64,000 bases of DNA from Zootoca vivipara (Eukaryota), in contig NC_083282.1 in the NCBI RefSeq assembly GCF_963506605.1, positions 59,892,001 to 59,956,000 on the forward strand, read 5' to 3'. Positions within the stretch are counted from its first letter, which is position 1. Every line of letters begins with the position of its first letter. The position numbers and the translations under genes are program-made. A model generated the notes under the pieces. The model was not told the DNA's origin and made no database searches. It saw only the letters and a list, made by a program, of their open reading frames with translations. This document shows, piece by piece, positions 11,750 to 24,748 of this stretch.

Positions 11750-14249
11750 ATTTGCGTGTAGATAGTAAACTACAAAGACAGTACTGTAAGATATAAAATG
11801 GTACGATAAGGGCAAGAATCATTTTAACTTTGATATAATACTTTCTAAATCTTTTGTTACCTTTCTGTCAGACAGGTCTTTGGAAAAAGAACATCTTTGT
11901 TCCCATGCAACTCTTGCAAAGTGGAAAGATTTTCCACGTCTCATAAAAACAGCTGTTTGGTGGTGTTTCCTTGTTTTGAATTGTTTTTGCTAACCCTGTA
12001 GCTCAGAAAAATGTACTTTAAAAAAATGAAAACGAAGGGAGAAATATAGCTCAAAAGAGGAAGACAGCTGACTTGACACATGACAAAATTTCAGGAGAAG
12101 AATTAACAGAAGTATATGATGAAGAGCTTTTGTTAAACTATGGCTCTTAAGACATCAGCAGATTTAAAACGCACAAGAGACTGGAATGTGTGATATTGAG
12201 TCATTAGAGATCGCTACAATAGCATTCGCCATAAGCCACTGTTGTTCTGATCTATGTCAGATGGACAGAATTATCTGGCTTGGGTAGTGTCACCACTTAC
12301 AATTTATGTAAAATGTAATATGGAACAAAATTGGAATGTGATGAGGAAGAGGTAGCTAGCCTATAATTATTAAACTGGCTTGCAGAAGGAGTGGAACTGG
12401 GTGGCTCTTAATTTTCCTTCCTCCAACATTTTGATCTCTTGGAGGTACAAATAAGAAATGTCATGAATTGTCAGGTTTAAAAAATGGGGATTCCCAAATG
12501 ATGAGCTATTAACTTGTAAGAGGGGGAAATTGGCTTTCTGTTGCCAGGGTATGCTTTATAGCAGTCACCATGGGATGAATAGTTATCTGTTTCCACTCAA
12601 AAATCAGTAACAGGAAGCCTTGTGTTGTGATAGACAGTAATATTTTTTCCTATTTCCTTTTCAAGTTTATCCAGTAATTTTAGCATGATGCGTGTTCCAG
12701 TGGGAGTTGAAATATTCTGTTCACCTCTCTTCCAGTGTATCTAAGATCTGATTCACACATGCATATACTTCACTACAAGGCAATACTCTTAAGTCTTGTT
12801 GCTCTGACTCTCAAGAGAATGTGTGAAGCACCTTTATTGGGCAGTATTGTATTGCAGCTACCAGGTGGTGGGTGGTGATAATAATATAAATACTTTTCAT
12901 TATGTTTTATCTGTTTCAGATAATGGAAGTCATAAATGGATGCTGCCACCATCAAGTGGCAAATGTAGTGTTGAATTGCTAAACTTCCCATTCAGCAAGC
13001 AGTCATTAAGGCTCATATTTTGGATTGCCATGGAGCTGAGTAAAGCATTCTTGTGTCTGCATCCTTTAGAAGAACTTGCGTTTTACTATTCTGTGCTGTA
13101 AGAGGCCTTATTATAATGCACACTCTTCTCTTTTTCGTTTGAAGATGAGGTGCCAGATTAATTCCCCTAACAGGTTTAAGGGTAGGCTGCCAAAGTCACT
13201 CTGTCCATTTATCCCAGGCATCTTCGACCCAGCTCTTTCAGCAAGTTTGGCAAAAGTTACATAAACTCATGGTGATGGGCCTTTGAGGTATGTTTTGGAA
13301 GCTTCTGTGCAGTGGAATGCCATGCTAGTTTCTCAGAAGTGGAAGAAAATATTTCAGCTACTAGGTTAGTGGGACATGGGAGCACAGAGCCTGTTCTTAC
13401 CTTGCTGTACTTCCAACCCTCAATTACAGATGCTGCAGATGCAGATGAGCTTCACCACTTCAGACCACAGATGTGGGGTCGCATTCTCACATGCTTCTTT
13501 GTGCTGCTAAAAACCAACAGCAAATAAAACATCAGCACTGCAGACAGAGGGCTGGGAGAGAACCTTTTCTCTGCACGTGGCTAGTTTCAGAGACTTGTGC
13601 TTGTTTGAGTTTCTTTTGCCCTTTAACCCCCCCCTCCCCCCAAATATCTAGCTGGGAGAGGGGGGTGTTTGGAAGAGCAGGGAACATTCAAAACTGGTAT
13701 CTTCCATCTGAAGTACATACAGTCCATGCCATTTTATTACCTAATGGTGCTGGAGGTGTAGGCCCAGCCTCATTCTGTGCAAACTTTAAATGACATCTGA
13801 TTCCTCCTTGCAGTCCTCCAAAAGCCATGTGTGGGTGAGGATTGCAGGAGCTTGCTGAGCAAAGACAGGGGACCAACCTGTCAAGCTGCAAAGAGAGCCA
13901 CTTGTAATTTAAGCAAGTAATTTAGGACTCGCAATTTTAGAGTGTGTGGGAAAGTGCCATGTTCCAATGGCCAGAAAACATTGCAGACTTTTGTTTTCAA
14001 ATACTCCTTGGGTAGCATGTAAACCATTTTTTTGTTCGGTACAAGACATGAACTCATGCCTCCTGGTTCCTAGTTTGCTACTGTGAAGGTCTTGCTGATA
14101 ATAAAAAGCTACGGACTGATGCAAAAAAGAATACTGAGTACCTTTGATTCTGTCTCCCAGGGAGTGTGTGTTAGGGAATGAGGGAGGGAGGGAAGGAGCT
14201 TCTTCTTGCATGGCTTATAGTATCATCTACCAATGCAAAGCTTCATTAG

Positions 14250-14900
14250 AGTAAATATCTAAACAGTTTAAAGAATATAAAAACCAGACTGAGCAGAACC
14301 GTTAAGATCCACAGTTAAAATGCACAATATTACCCACCCATTAAAACAATCCAGCAATTTCAAGAGGCAGATACAGAGCAAGAATTCATGGGTGTGCCTG
14401 TGTAAATAGGTCCATCTTCAAAAGTAAGTGGAATGCCAGTATGTTGCCTCTTGCATTTCAACTGGAAGGGCATTCCACAACATTGGTGCAACAATGGAAA
14501 AAGCTCACCTCTGAGTTACTATGAGCTGATAATCATCAGGCCATGGCAAGGCTAATTGTCAGCCTTCTTAATGCCATTACAAGGCTGCAGAGATGAAGTT
14601 GGTATTTCAGGTAACCTTGCCCAGAGTTGATTAGGGCTTTATATTCAGGTAACAAAGCTTAAAAACTGGCTCAGTCACTAATAGGCAGCCAGTTCGGATC
14701 TGCAGCACTGCCATGATTTTTGACTGGTAAGGAGCAGAACTCAGCACCTGAACTGTAGCATTCTGCACCAGCTGCAGCCTCTGAGCCAGCCTTAAGGGAA
14801 GCTCCACACAGAGCATATTATAGTTGTCTAAACGTGAAGTTACCAGCGCATGAATCACTGTGGACACAAACTCTGGACACCTCCCCAGAGACTGTATTAA
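14250..14900 (-). mobile_element. Degenerate L2-clade LINE fragment (ORF2 C-terminus and 3' end)
   Basis: Translation VIHALVTSRLDNYNMLCVELPLRLAQRLQLVQNA matches the L2 ORF2 C-terminal motif (HALVTSRLDYCN...LQLVQNAAAR); boundaries approximate. Confidence 0.8.
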
Positions 14901-15969
14901 CCGTGGCATCAAAATCCACATGAAGGCGAATGGTTTTTCCCTCTCAAAGTGTCTGGTAGACCTGTCACAGCACGCCATTTGTTCATACATTTTTTGCAGC
15001 GCATATATGAAAGCTGCAGTAAACTATCTGCCTTTCCACCATCATTAAGCATGCAGCCCATCTGGTCTGTTTATGCAGAACACTGTATTTTGACTTAAGG
15101 ACTAAAGTATGCCTTTTGCTTTGAAGCAGCAACTACCGTACTTTGCTGAAGGGTATTGCCTGTAACTCTTGGGCATGCCTGGGGTGTGTGTATGTCTATG
15201 TGGTGGGGGGACAGGGGGAGAGGGTTGGTTGGTTTAAACAATTCCGTACATCTATTCCCATTACATTTCATGTGTCCCTGATTCCAGTCTAGCTGTGTAA
15301 AGTAAAAATTGCCAGTCTGGAAGGTTGTTGGCTTGTACTGTATTGTGTAAAGAGCGAGACTCTGATTGGAACTTCCCAAGTTCTTGTTGCTGTTTGAAGA
15401 TGGATGCAAAGTTTAGATTGCAAGCAAAAATGAATTTGAGCCTTCTGGTTTCAAGTGTACTTAAGCAATTATTGCCAGACCTTTGACAGCCTGTTCTAAG
15501 ACATTCTGAATTTGTCCATGAGAGACTAAATTAGAATATCACAATATATCTTTTTTGTTCGCAGACTAGGCCAGTAAAAAGTTTGAACATATACAATGAG
15601 TATTTTTATTTAGGTATGTGTTTATAAAATATCATACCACCCAATAACCAAGGTTTTTCAGATAATTTACAGTAACCATCTAAAACAAAAAGGCAAATGA
15701 AATACTGTACAAAAAGGAAGTCTAAAACAGAATAAAAACAACAGTTTAGAACCAAAATAATAACTAAAAGATTACAGTAGGGTATTCGAAAAGCACAAAA
15801 AGTTATTAAGATTAGAAATGGTGGGAAAGGTATTCTCTGGGGAGGGAATTCATGAACTAGGGTGCCACTACTGGAAAGTAACAGGTAGGTAGCCGTGTTG
15901 GTCTGAGTCGAAGCAAAATAAAAAAATTCCTTCAGTAGCACCTTAAAGACCAACTAAGTTTATATTTTG

Positions 15970-16007
15970 GTATGAGCTTTCGTGTGCATGCACACTTCTT
16001 CAGATAC
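15970..16007 (-). ncRNA. Minimal type I hammerhead ribozyme motif (PLE type)
   Basis: Minus strand GUAU-CUGAAGA-A-GUGUG(CAUG)CACAC-GAAA-GC-UC^AUAC: complete core, stem I GUAU/AUAC, stem II, palindromic AGCU stem III; predicted cut between 15974 and 15973. Confidence 0.8.
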
Positions 16008-16043
16008 ATCTGAAGAAGTGTGCATGCACACGAAAGCTCATAC
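16008..16043 (+). ncRNA. Inverted copy of the hammerhead motif with shortened stem I
   Basis: AU-CUGAAGAAGUGUGCAUGCACACGAAAGCUC^AUAC; only 2 bp of stem I remain. Confidence 0.6.
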
Positions 16044-16953
16044 CAAAATATAAACTACTGGAAAGGTCCTCTTTTGTAGCCAACTGCCTCACCTAACTGG
16101 ATGAGGCCGCATGGCAAGGGCCTCTGAAGAGGATGTTAAAGTCTCAGAAGGAATATATGCGAGGAGGCTATCCTTCAGGTAAGATAGTTCCAAGTCATTT
16201 AGGACTTCAAAGGTTAACACCAACATTTTGAATCAGGCCTAGAAAGGATCTGGAAGCCAGTGCAGATGACATTCACTGGCATAATATGGACATAGACCAC
16301 TTTCAAAGGCAGCCACACATATAATGTGTTGCAGTAATCCAAACAGCAGGCTAGCAAAGCACAGATAACTTTAGCAATTCTGTCTTCTTCAGATAGCGTT
16401 GTTGTTGGTATGGTGTCTTAAGTTGATAAAAGACAAAAACTTCAAATAGGGAAAAAGTCCTGGCCATATTTTAGTCTTTTACTTTATTACTCACTCTGAA
16501 ATATTTTCTTTAAATATAGACTTAAAGAGCTTGGCACGAATGACCCAACCAATAAAAATAGAAATGTGACTTTTTCTCAAGGTTTTCTAATGGGAAAATG
16601 AAAGCTGCTTATTTTCAGTCCTGCTTATTTTCAATTGAAGTTATTCCCCACCCAACCCCAGTCTATTAGCAATGGCTTGATAATTCCCCTGACAGGTCTG
16701 CGGTATTTAGGTTGGATTCCAGTATTACCAAAGAGGTGTATTTGCTGCTTGCTGTGACTGGCTACCATCCTGCTACTGTAGTGTTTGTATGGCAGAGGTA
16801 CTATGTTTGGCTGTGTCAGCAGCTCAGAAGGGAAGGGGCAGTAGCCTATGCAATCTTGGCAGCCCCATGTGATCAGAATATTACTGGAGCAGCATGAGCA
16901 CTTAGGCACAGTACTGCATGAATATGACTTTAGCCTCTTCAGTGTGTGTAAAT

Positions 16954-17091
16954 CAGGGATGGGGAACTTGTGGCTCTGCAGATGTTGGTGGAATCCAAGT
17001 ACCATCAGGTCTAGCCAGCATGGTTCATGGCCAGGAAAGATGGGAATTGTAGTCCTACGATATCTGGAGGGCCGTAGGTTCCCTATTCCTG
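16954..17091. mobile_element. Palindromic hAT-Charlie-like MITE (older copy)
   Basis: cagggatggggaac ... gttccctattcctg ends; core gatgggaattgtagtcc...atctggagggcc shared with 32040-32175. Confidence 0.7.
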
Positions 17092-18744
17092 ATGTGGGCA
17101 GTCTTAAGTCATGGGTGAGGAACCTCAGACCTGGTGGCCAGTCTCAGACCCAGCTTTCGCTGTCCCTTGGGGTGCTCTCCAGCCTTGTTACACACTCTCC
17201 TTGAATGTTTTGCTTCACTTGAATGTATCTTTGAACTCAGGTTTGTCTGGATGGAGGATAGAGGTATGGATGTAAACTTGTTCTATCCTTGCTTGCCTCT
17301 GGCCTCACCCACCACTGGCATGTGATCACTGAGAGTGACTTCGGGAGTTGATGTTCAGCCAAGAAGCTACTAAATTTGTAAGGAACTCAGTTGAGACAGA
17401 GTACAAGGGTGAGCTGTGAGTACTCACAAGGTGAGCTGTAATGACACTTGATTTGTAGTATCTGAGCCCCAAATGCATAGGAAAATTTCTGCTCCTAGGC
17501 TGGACCATAAATGCCCATAAATCATAGAACAGCCCTCTGTCACATTTTCACATCTCTGTCATTGCTGTGGCAGGTGTTTCACTGAACTATGTAAGTTGTA
17601 ATAGCACCAGGTTTATGAATTTATCATATCATACTATCTTACTTAGAAGCTTCTGGTGTTGCATGATAACCTGACATTCTTAGCTTTTCTTACAAAATTC
17701 TGGGGTGTCTGTCTACCATTGTGGTTCAGAGCCATCTACAGTACTTGAAGATGATAACACTGAGCTTTCCTTCTCTCTTGTCTCTGCCATTCTTAAAACT
17801 TTAAATATTGATATTTAAGAGAGATATGGTTGAAGCCTTTTTGATGTTACATTTTAGGATTACTGAATAAAATCTCTCTGGAAGCATGTATAATGACCTT
17901 TCTGAATGCAAAGGCCAGTTACTGAAATTTCGTACCTTCTGCCTTCTGTTTATCTCTCCCTAGACTGTTTCCTCTTTCTTATATTGGATAGTGTTGAACT
18001 TTAGAGAGATATTTAAATGAAAGAGCAGGGAACAAGGAAGAATGGTTCAGCAGATCAGAAGAATCTTTATTTACATCAGCCACTAGCCATAGTAAATGGC
18101 TCAGCCTGTACAGATGGGTGGGAGGTTTTGAAAGCAGGTGTCAACACCACCTTGGTGGCTACCTAGACAAAGTATGACTTATTAAAAATAATGTAAAACA
18201 AGAAGTAAGTCAGTGTGATATGTGTAAGTTGATGGGTGGATAAAGCTGCCAAGAAAGGTGAAATGAAAGCCAGGAGGTTCAGCCCCCTGTTTCTTAGCAT
18301 TTATTTCCTTTGTTTAAAGGATGTTCAAAATAGAATGCTTTACAGATTGTGCCAGCAAATAGTTCTTTTTGTGTGTGTTTTTGTAGGTTCTTTTTTTACT
18401 TCAGCTAGCTGGGAGTTTAGTCATGTTCCTCCTTTTGAAGAAAGTTCCTTGGAAATCATCAGGCAGTGGAGCTCTGAATGTCAGTGCCGTAAAAAGCACA
18501 GGAATCCAAGGTTATATGTGAGGTGCATATATATTAGAAGGGGTGGTGGTGAACTCCAGGCGATTGCCAGGTTTCTGTATCAGTAGGTGAATCTACAACC
18601 CGGTTGGGTGTGCCTAGGAGTGCTGTTAGACAAAACCGAATAAAAATGGTGGTCCCAGAATCTAGCATCACTTTTCCTGTGGCATTTCTAGGGTAGCAGA
18701 GCAAATGGCACCATGTTGGCTGCCAATTTAACAGATTTAAAAAG

Positions 18745-19260
18745 GGGAATTATCCTCATCCTACATGAGTACGTCTGTCAGTGGCTAATAATTATGATGG
18801 CTATCTTATCTCCAGTGTCAGAGGCCAGTTAAAGGCATCAAAAGCAGAAGTGTGCTCATGTTCTCCTTGCGGGTTTCCCCTAAGCATCTGGTTGCGGGAC
18901 TACCCCTACCGTTTTGAGGCAGCTGCCTTAGGTAGCAGATGTTGGGGAGCAGGAAGTGGGAGCAATATTCTGGAGGACAGAGCTGTATATTCCATGTGGC
19001 CTGCCCAACACTCCCTTAAGCATGCTTGCTGCTCCAAGTTGTTGTTGTGGAGAGCACTCTCCCATCGCCAGTATTGAAATAGGACTCAACTACTAGTCAG
19101 GCCACCTTCTGTATGTGGAATGGGGAAGGGCATCTTGTCCTTGGACTCGGGCAGCCCAATGTCTTGAGCCAGCCTTGGCTGGCTAGCTACAGTGAGAACA
19201 CAAGTACTTGACTAGATACACTTCTGGTTTGATTCAATAGGGCTCTTAATGTGTACTTAG
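18745..19260 (+). mobile_element. CR1-like LINE 3' fragment, apparently interrupted by an old MITE
   Basis: gggtttcccctaagcatctggttg ... agtgagaac...gactagat...agggctctt...ctta resembles a reptile CR1 3' UTR; highly degenerate. Confidence 0.45.
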
Positions 19261-19424
19261 GACAGGATAAGGATAACGGCCTTTTTCAAAGCTTTGTTGG
19301 GGCCCCCTCTTGATCCAAATATAAAAGTGACTCTGGAATGTGGAGGAATTTTTTGGACCACGTGGTCTTGGGCATTCAGTTGCTTTTCCATGACTTGTGT
19401 TTTCCTGAAACAGGAGCAGAGGAT

Positions 19425-19535
19425 GCTGGATCAGGCTGGGTTTTCTCCCAGCCCTACCTGGAGATGCCAGGAATTGAACCTGGGACCTTCTGCATGCAAA
19501 GCAGATGCTCTAGCACTGAGCTACAGCCCCTTCCC
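19425..19535 (-). mobile_element. tRNA-derived SINE head
   Basis: Reverse strand gives gggctgtagctcagtg..agagcatctgctttgcatgcagaaggtcccaggttcaattcctggcatctcca, with A/B-box-like motifs. Confidence 0.8.
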
Positions 19536-19760
19536 CAATGTCAAGGATGTATAGAATAAGTTTGTGAAAGAGGTTCTTTATTCAAGAAGTTGCTCTGCTT
19601 TGTTATGTGTCATGAATATTGGGGTCTGTGGAGCAGGATCTGGTTATAGGACTTTCCGCTCTGGGGAAACAAGATTTTCTTTTGCTGAGAGTAGTGGGCA
19701 GCTTTTTTTGTGTGTGGGGAGGAGCGGGAACCAGATTTGCCTTAACAAAATGATATAGCT

Positions 19761-19889
19761 CAGGGATGGGGTGTGGTGCTCTAGATGTTGCTGGACTCAA
19801 ACTCCAGTCAGCCCCAGCCTGCATAGCCAGTGATCAGGAATGATGGAAGTTAGAGTCCAATAGCCTCTGGAGGGCCATAGCTTCCAGGC
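19761..19889. mobile_element. Degenerate hAT-Charlie-like MITE
   Basis: Same family core (agatgttgctggact...ctggagggcca). Confidence 0.55.
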
Positions 19890-20582
19890 TTAGTGCTATA
19901 TGCAAGAGCTGGAATGAGCCTGAATAATATATTTACTTCAGCACAGTAAGTAAAATTGTTTGAAACCACACTGGAATAGTGCAAAACCATTCTGCCCCAC
20001 CCCTGTGTGTCCCAGAGTCTGCTATATGCCTTGCAACTGAGTAGCTGCAGCAATCCAGGTGGTAATTCATCAGCCTGGGTGTTCTTACCCTCCAAGTAGT
20101 GGGGTCAGCCATCTGGAACATGCTTGAAAGCACAGTCCAGGATTATAATCTGGAGCTTTTGAAACCGCTTTGGGCTCATGATTTCAGGATTTCTTCTTGT
20201 AGCAAAGACACAGCTCCACTTCAGTTGCCTGCCTTCTCCTGCAGGCTGTTTGCTAAGCGTCATCTGACAATCTGATTGTCAACTTGCTGTGTCTTCCCTG
20301 AAGACCTTCATTGCACTTTTAAACATGCAAAAGTTCCGTCAATTGATTTTGTCCCTTTCTTTAAGCCCAAGATGAAGGGTTGGAGACAAGCACTGTGGGA
20401 TGACCAGAGCAACAGCATGCTTCTTAAATTGAAACCAGTGCTTCATTTTGTGGTTTAACAGGTCAGTTAAGAACACAGAAGGCAATAGGTCGTCCTCACT
20501 TTCTTAAGGCTTTAACAGAGTCCCTACACACCAATATATATATATTGATTGGGGTGGGGAAAATGGGAACCCATGCTTTCCC

Positions 20583-20692
20583 TGTTTAGGGAAGTGTTTA
20601 ATGTTTAACAGACTATTTTATTTTAATATTTTGTTGGAAGCCGCCCAGAGTGGCTGGGGAAACCCAGCCAGATGGCGGGGTATAAATAATAA

Positions 20693-20728
<36 letters not shown>
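20583..20728 (+). mobile_element. LINE (L2-like) 3' tail with (GTT)n microsatellite
   Basis: gaagccgcccagagtggctggggaaacccagccagatgg..gggtataaataat followed by (GTT)n; same tail at 46542-46638. Confidence 0.75.
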
Positions 20729-21081
20729 ATGGCATGTTAGGCATGTCTTGCTGAAGATTCAATGATTGTCAAGTGCATGGCAGACCTTTCCTTTTGTCCT
20801 GTTTGCTGCTCTGAAATTAACCTCAGTTTCCCCTGACAAGATTCACCTTTTAGCATAGTGATTCTTCTATCAGTAGCTCCGGGAGTTTAAATCAGCAACC
20901 AGGAAGGAGCTCTCCATTTCCTCTTAGTCATCCAGCAATGCTCTCCCCCTCCCATGCCAAGGACTGTGTGTCATTAAGTATAGTTACTTAGGTACTTAAG
21001 GTCTGCTCTAGAAAGCTGGGCCACATTCGAGACATCCTAGCCCCAAAGTTTTCCAAAGCAAAGATTACAAAAAGCGAAGAA

Positions 21082-21200
21082 AGCTGTGTTGGCCCATAAG
21101 AAAAACCCAGATTTGTATATAGGACAATACCTTTCCTATGCCACCCAAAATGGAACAAAATTGTGTGCAAGCTTTCGAGTCCTGGAGAACTCTTAATTGG
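21082..21200 (-). mobile_element. Degenerate PLE-like fragment of a second family with a broken hammerhead
   Basis: Minus strand AAGAGTTCT-CC-AGGACTC-GAAAGCTTGCAC retains stem II and GAAA-GC-UU, but the CUGANGA box is missing. Confidence 0.45.
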
Positions 21201-21510
21201 AGACGAGGACAAAAGCTAGCTGCTGATGTGAAGTAGAAATATATAAAACACACACAAGCAAATGCTCTAGGCAGATAGTTAATGATATGCAGTAGTTAAA
21301 AGCCTTGCTTTTGCCTCTATATGGGCATAGGCTTGGCTTCAGCGCTTGGGGAATTTGAGCTACTTGAGTAGCCTGTTTTCTGTATATGGATAACCCTTAC
21401 TTGATCAAGACAGATCTGTATTAGTTTTAAACATGCAATGCTTGTAATGCAGTTTGTTGAAAGTAATAGGTCAGACTAAAGCAGATCACATGAAAGCCTA
21501 AACTGTGAAC

Positions 21511-21628
21511 CAGCCTTCAAGATGGTTTGGATTACAACTCCTATAAGCAAGAGCCAGCATAGCCAATAATTGGGGATAATGGGAGTTGTAGTCAAAACAT
21601 CTGGAGGGCACCAGGTTGAGGAAGGCTG
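21511..21628. mobile_element. Degenerate hAT-Charlie-like MITE
   Basis: cagccttc ... gaaggctg termini; gattacaactcc / gggagttgtagtc inverted core. Confidence 0.65.
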
Positions 21629-24549
21629 CTGTAAGCTCATTGGGTTCATGTGAGGCTCAAAGCAAGCAAACTTGACTCATCAGCTCTTGACAATTGTTTC
21701 TTAGGAGTGGAGTATTGCACACACTCAACGGAATCTCTTTTTGCAGCTGTCTGATGCTCAGCTTAACAAATCTATACCTAATATTAGGCTCTCACTGTCT
21801 CTCTTTCCCAACCCACTCTCTTCAGTTAGAGGCAGCAGCCTGTCAAGGTCTCTTCAGATCCCTCCAGCCCTCCCATTGTCAAATGCACCCTTGTCATCCT
21901 CTGAATAGCATTTCCACTTGATTTTAAAGTAGCTTTCTGTCAGCTGTGATAGACTAAGAATTTTAGTGACAACTCCATCAATTGGGCCACCAGGATCAGA
22001 AACATCCCTATCTTGGCAGTTGATATGTGTGCATATCTGCAAGTGGAGGCTGCTAGGTAATATCTCCCGTTGTAAGTGACTGTGGCGGGTGTGGGTGAGT
22101 GGTGCCGAAAATTTGAACTGTGAATACAGAGGGGGGGCTGTAGCATGGCCTTTCTTTGCTGTCTTGATCTTACATGCAAGCTGAAGAAGGAGAAAGCCAC
22201 CTTAAAATTTGGTGCCTGCTCACCTTTCAAAATGTATTGGGTACTGAATGCACCAGCATAATGATGCTTCACTAATGTCTTGCATTACACTGTTCTAATC
22301 AGAGTTCCCAGTTGCTGTAATGTAAGTTTTTAAATACAAGAACATGTGGTCCACATTTTATGCGTTTACAATGTGTTAGCATCAATATGCAGTTGACTCC
22401 ACTGCATTAAGGGTACTGGGAATTAAAGCTTTGTGAGGGGGTCTCAAAACAACTCTTGGTATAAGATTGCTTTAAATGTGAGGTATAGATGTGACTTCAG
22501 CTCCATCCATGAATGGGAGGAAGGAGCCCTTATGTTTGCAGAGTCCTAGTTAAGATTCAAGCCATAATAAATAAAAACGATTCCAATAACATAAATCACA
22601 AATTGTAATCAGCGAAATGACAAACAGCCTGTGAGCAGTAACCAAGTAGTGGAAAATCTTAAGTCAGCCTGTGTCAACCTGGTGTGCTCCAGATGTTTTG
22701 GACTATAACTCTCTTCATCCTCTGCCAACACAGTTTAGAGATAAAAATGCACTAAGTTTTGTTTGTTCCCTTCTTGACTAAAGATAATCATTTTTGAAAG
22801 GTGACAAATTTAGTACTTCTCCATATGGTCTGTGGCAGGATATATGCAGACCTGGCATGACAGTGGATGGAAAAGGAGATTCATAGCGGAATATATTTAA
22901 TATATTTATTGAGGAATGTGTACTTTGCTTTTCAAAGCAGCAAAAAGCCTCCACAAAGCAGCTTGCAATACTAAACTAGCCATCAACACAGTTTAAAAAC
23001 AATTAAAATTCATTACTGCAAACAAAGGCTTGCATTCAGTGTAGCACTAAGTATCTGTCCTACTGTCAGAACAAGGATTTCTGTTTGTGCAATGGGACTC
23101 GCCACCCCGTTCCCTCTATGTGCTCCCTAAATCTGTTTCCCCCACCACCACCAATCCTCCAGAACAGATTGGAAGAGGGACTCCCATTGGGAAGATGGGA
23201 CAATGCTACATTGGATACAGATTGATAGTATAATAAAACAAACAGATTTAATTCTTTTGTCTTTATTCTCTCCATTGTAGCATCCATGAAGCATGGTGGC
23301 ATGATATTTCACCAGAAGGCTCCATGCCTGCCACTCTGTAATTAGGACTATTGACTTCATATAGGAGCTTGTGTTTGCACCGTAGGAAGGGGAAATGAAA
23401 GGTCTGGCCCTTCTTCGCCCCAAAGGAATGGAAGAGGAAAGGGCTACTGGGAATTTTTCCACCTTGTAATGCATCCTGTGTTGAAAACTTTGCAGTTCTG
23501 TGCTATGAGAAGCTGTGTGTTAAACTATATATTTTGGCAGCTGAAGCTGACATTTAGTCATGTGCGCCTGTTCTCTCTGAACGGTGTGATTTCTTGTGAC
23601 CACCTGTTTCCACAGTGTTCGCAAGCAGTCCTTCCTTTATGTCAAAGTAGCTCTATTGTGTGTTTTTTTCTTAATCAGCACAACAAAAGAATGTTGTCTC
23701 TCTTCCACCACTACCCCTCTCTACCACCAGTTTCCTTTCCAAGAAAAAGAAAGAAAGCATGACTTAGGTAGGCAGCTATCCTTCCTGTCCCACAGCCATG
23801 TTGAAGTAAGTGCCAATAACCTCTGTCCATTTAGAGGAGACACAGCCACCAATGAACTTGTGCTTTGTTATACTGAGCAACGGGTATAACGTGCTGTTTC
23901 CTCTTCTTCTGTCTGTTTTGGCACACATGCCTTAAATTTCCTGTAAATGTACACTAGCAGGATAAAAATGAAATTCTATGTGGCCGAATGCTAGAAGTCC
24001 TCTACCTGGTAACTGCAGGCAGGCAAAAGAGCTGGGGCTACTCCCTAAAGTGTTTTGCAAGAGGAGCTCAATGCTATGTAGTCCTTGAAGTAATAAAAAG
24101 GATTCAAAATATGGGCCTTCCCAGGCAAGTGACTTTGTGGTGGTAACAGCAGCAGCAGCAGCAGGAGGAGGAGCAGCAGCAGGAGTGTGGAGTAAATGCT
24201 CAGGTACTACAGTATGTAGTTGCCAGCCTTCCAACAGCAGTGTTTTGTCACTGACCACATTGTGTTTCTTGCAATTTAGAGCGTTAGATGGGCTATAATA
24301 ATGTGAGGATCATTCATGCCCACTGAGGTGTGCTTATGGTGAATGTCATCCATTCCTTCTCTCCCATTGAATGCCTGAAGTGGGAGAGATGGTCATGTAA
24401 AGCCCAACAACTTGGAGGTTTGGGTGCCAAAACAATCTTGGCCTGTTCTCATAGGTAAGAGGTCAGGCTTACCGTAATCACATGGAAGACAAACTCCCCC
24501 TTCTGGTAAGCTGAATTGGCACTGCAGGATGAGCTGAAAGTTGGGTTAA

Positions 24550-24748
24550 AAGGTAAAGGGAAAGGGACCCCTGACCATTAGGTCCAGTCGTGACCGACTC
24601 TGGGGTTGCGCGCTCATCTCGCATTATTGGCCGAGGGAGCCGGCGTATAGCTTCCAGGTCATGTGGCCAGCATGACAAAGCCGCTTCTGGCAAACCAGAG
24701 CAGCACATGGAAACGCCGTTTACCTTCCCGCTGTAGCGTTTATCTACT
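24550..24748 (-). mobile_element. Sauria SINE, 5'-truncated
   Basis: Reverse complement of the 3' half of 49135-49486, including the (ACCTTT)-type tail; 15-bp TSD tgaaagttgg(g/a)ttaa at 24535-49 / 24749-63. Confidence 0.9.

Larger units (their letters stand above)
15879..16053 (-). mobile_element. Penelope-like element terminal fragment with 5' inversion
   Basis: 12-bp TSD actactggaaag (15867-78 / 16054-65); contains a 49-bp perfect inverted repeat; homologous to copies at 11.7, 46.9 and 48.2 kb. Confidence 0.8.
15600..16430 (-). mobile_element. Degenerate L2-like LINE 3' fragment, interrupted by a PLE insertion
   Basis: Resembles the L2 fragments at 14.3-14.9 kb and 42.1-42.5 kb (e.g. gttgcagtaatccaa, the reverse of LDYCN); boundaries approximate. 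Confidence 0.6.

Noticed and set aside
12002-12150. Purine-rich, coding-looking stretch after an acceptor-like ccctgtag
   Set aside because: Short frame ending in a stop, no recognisable protein and no clear donor.
19460-19532. tRNA-like sequence
   Set aside because: Degenerate SINE head followed by SINE body, with related copies at about 26.1, 40.7 and 51.9 kb; not a tRNA gene.
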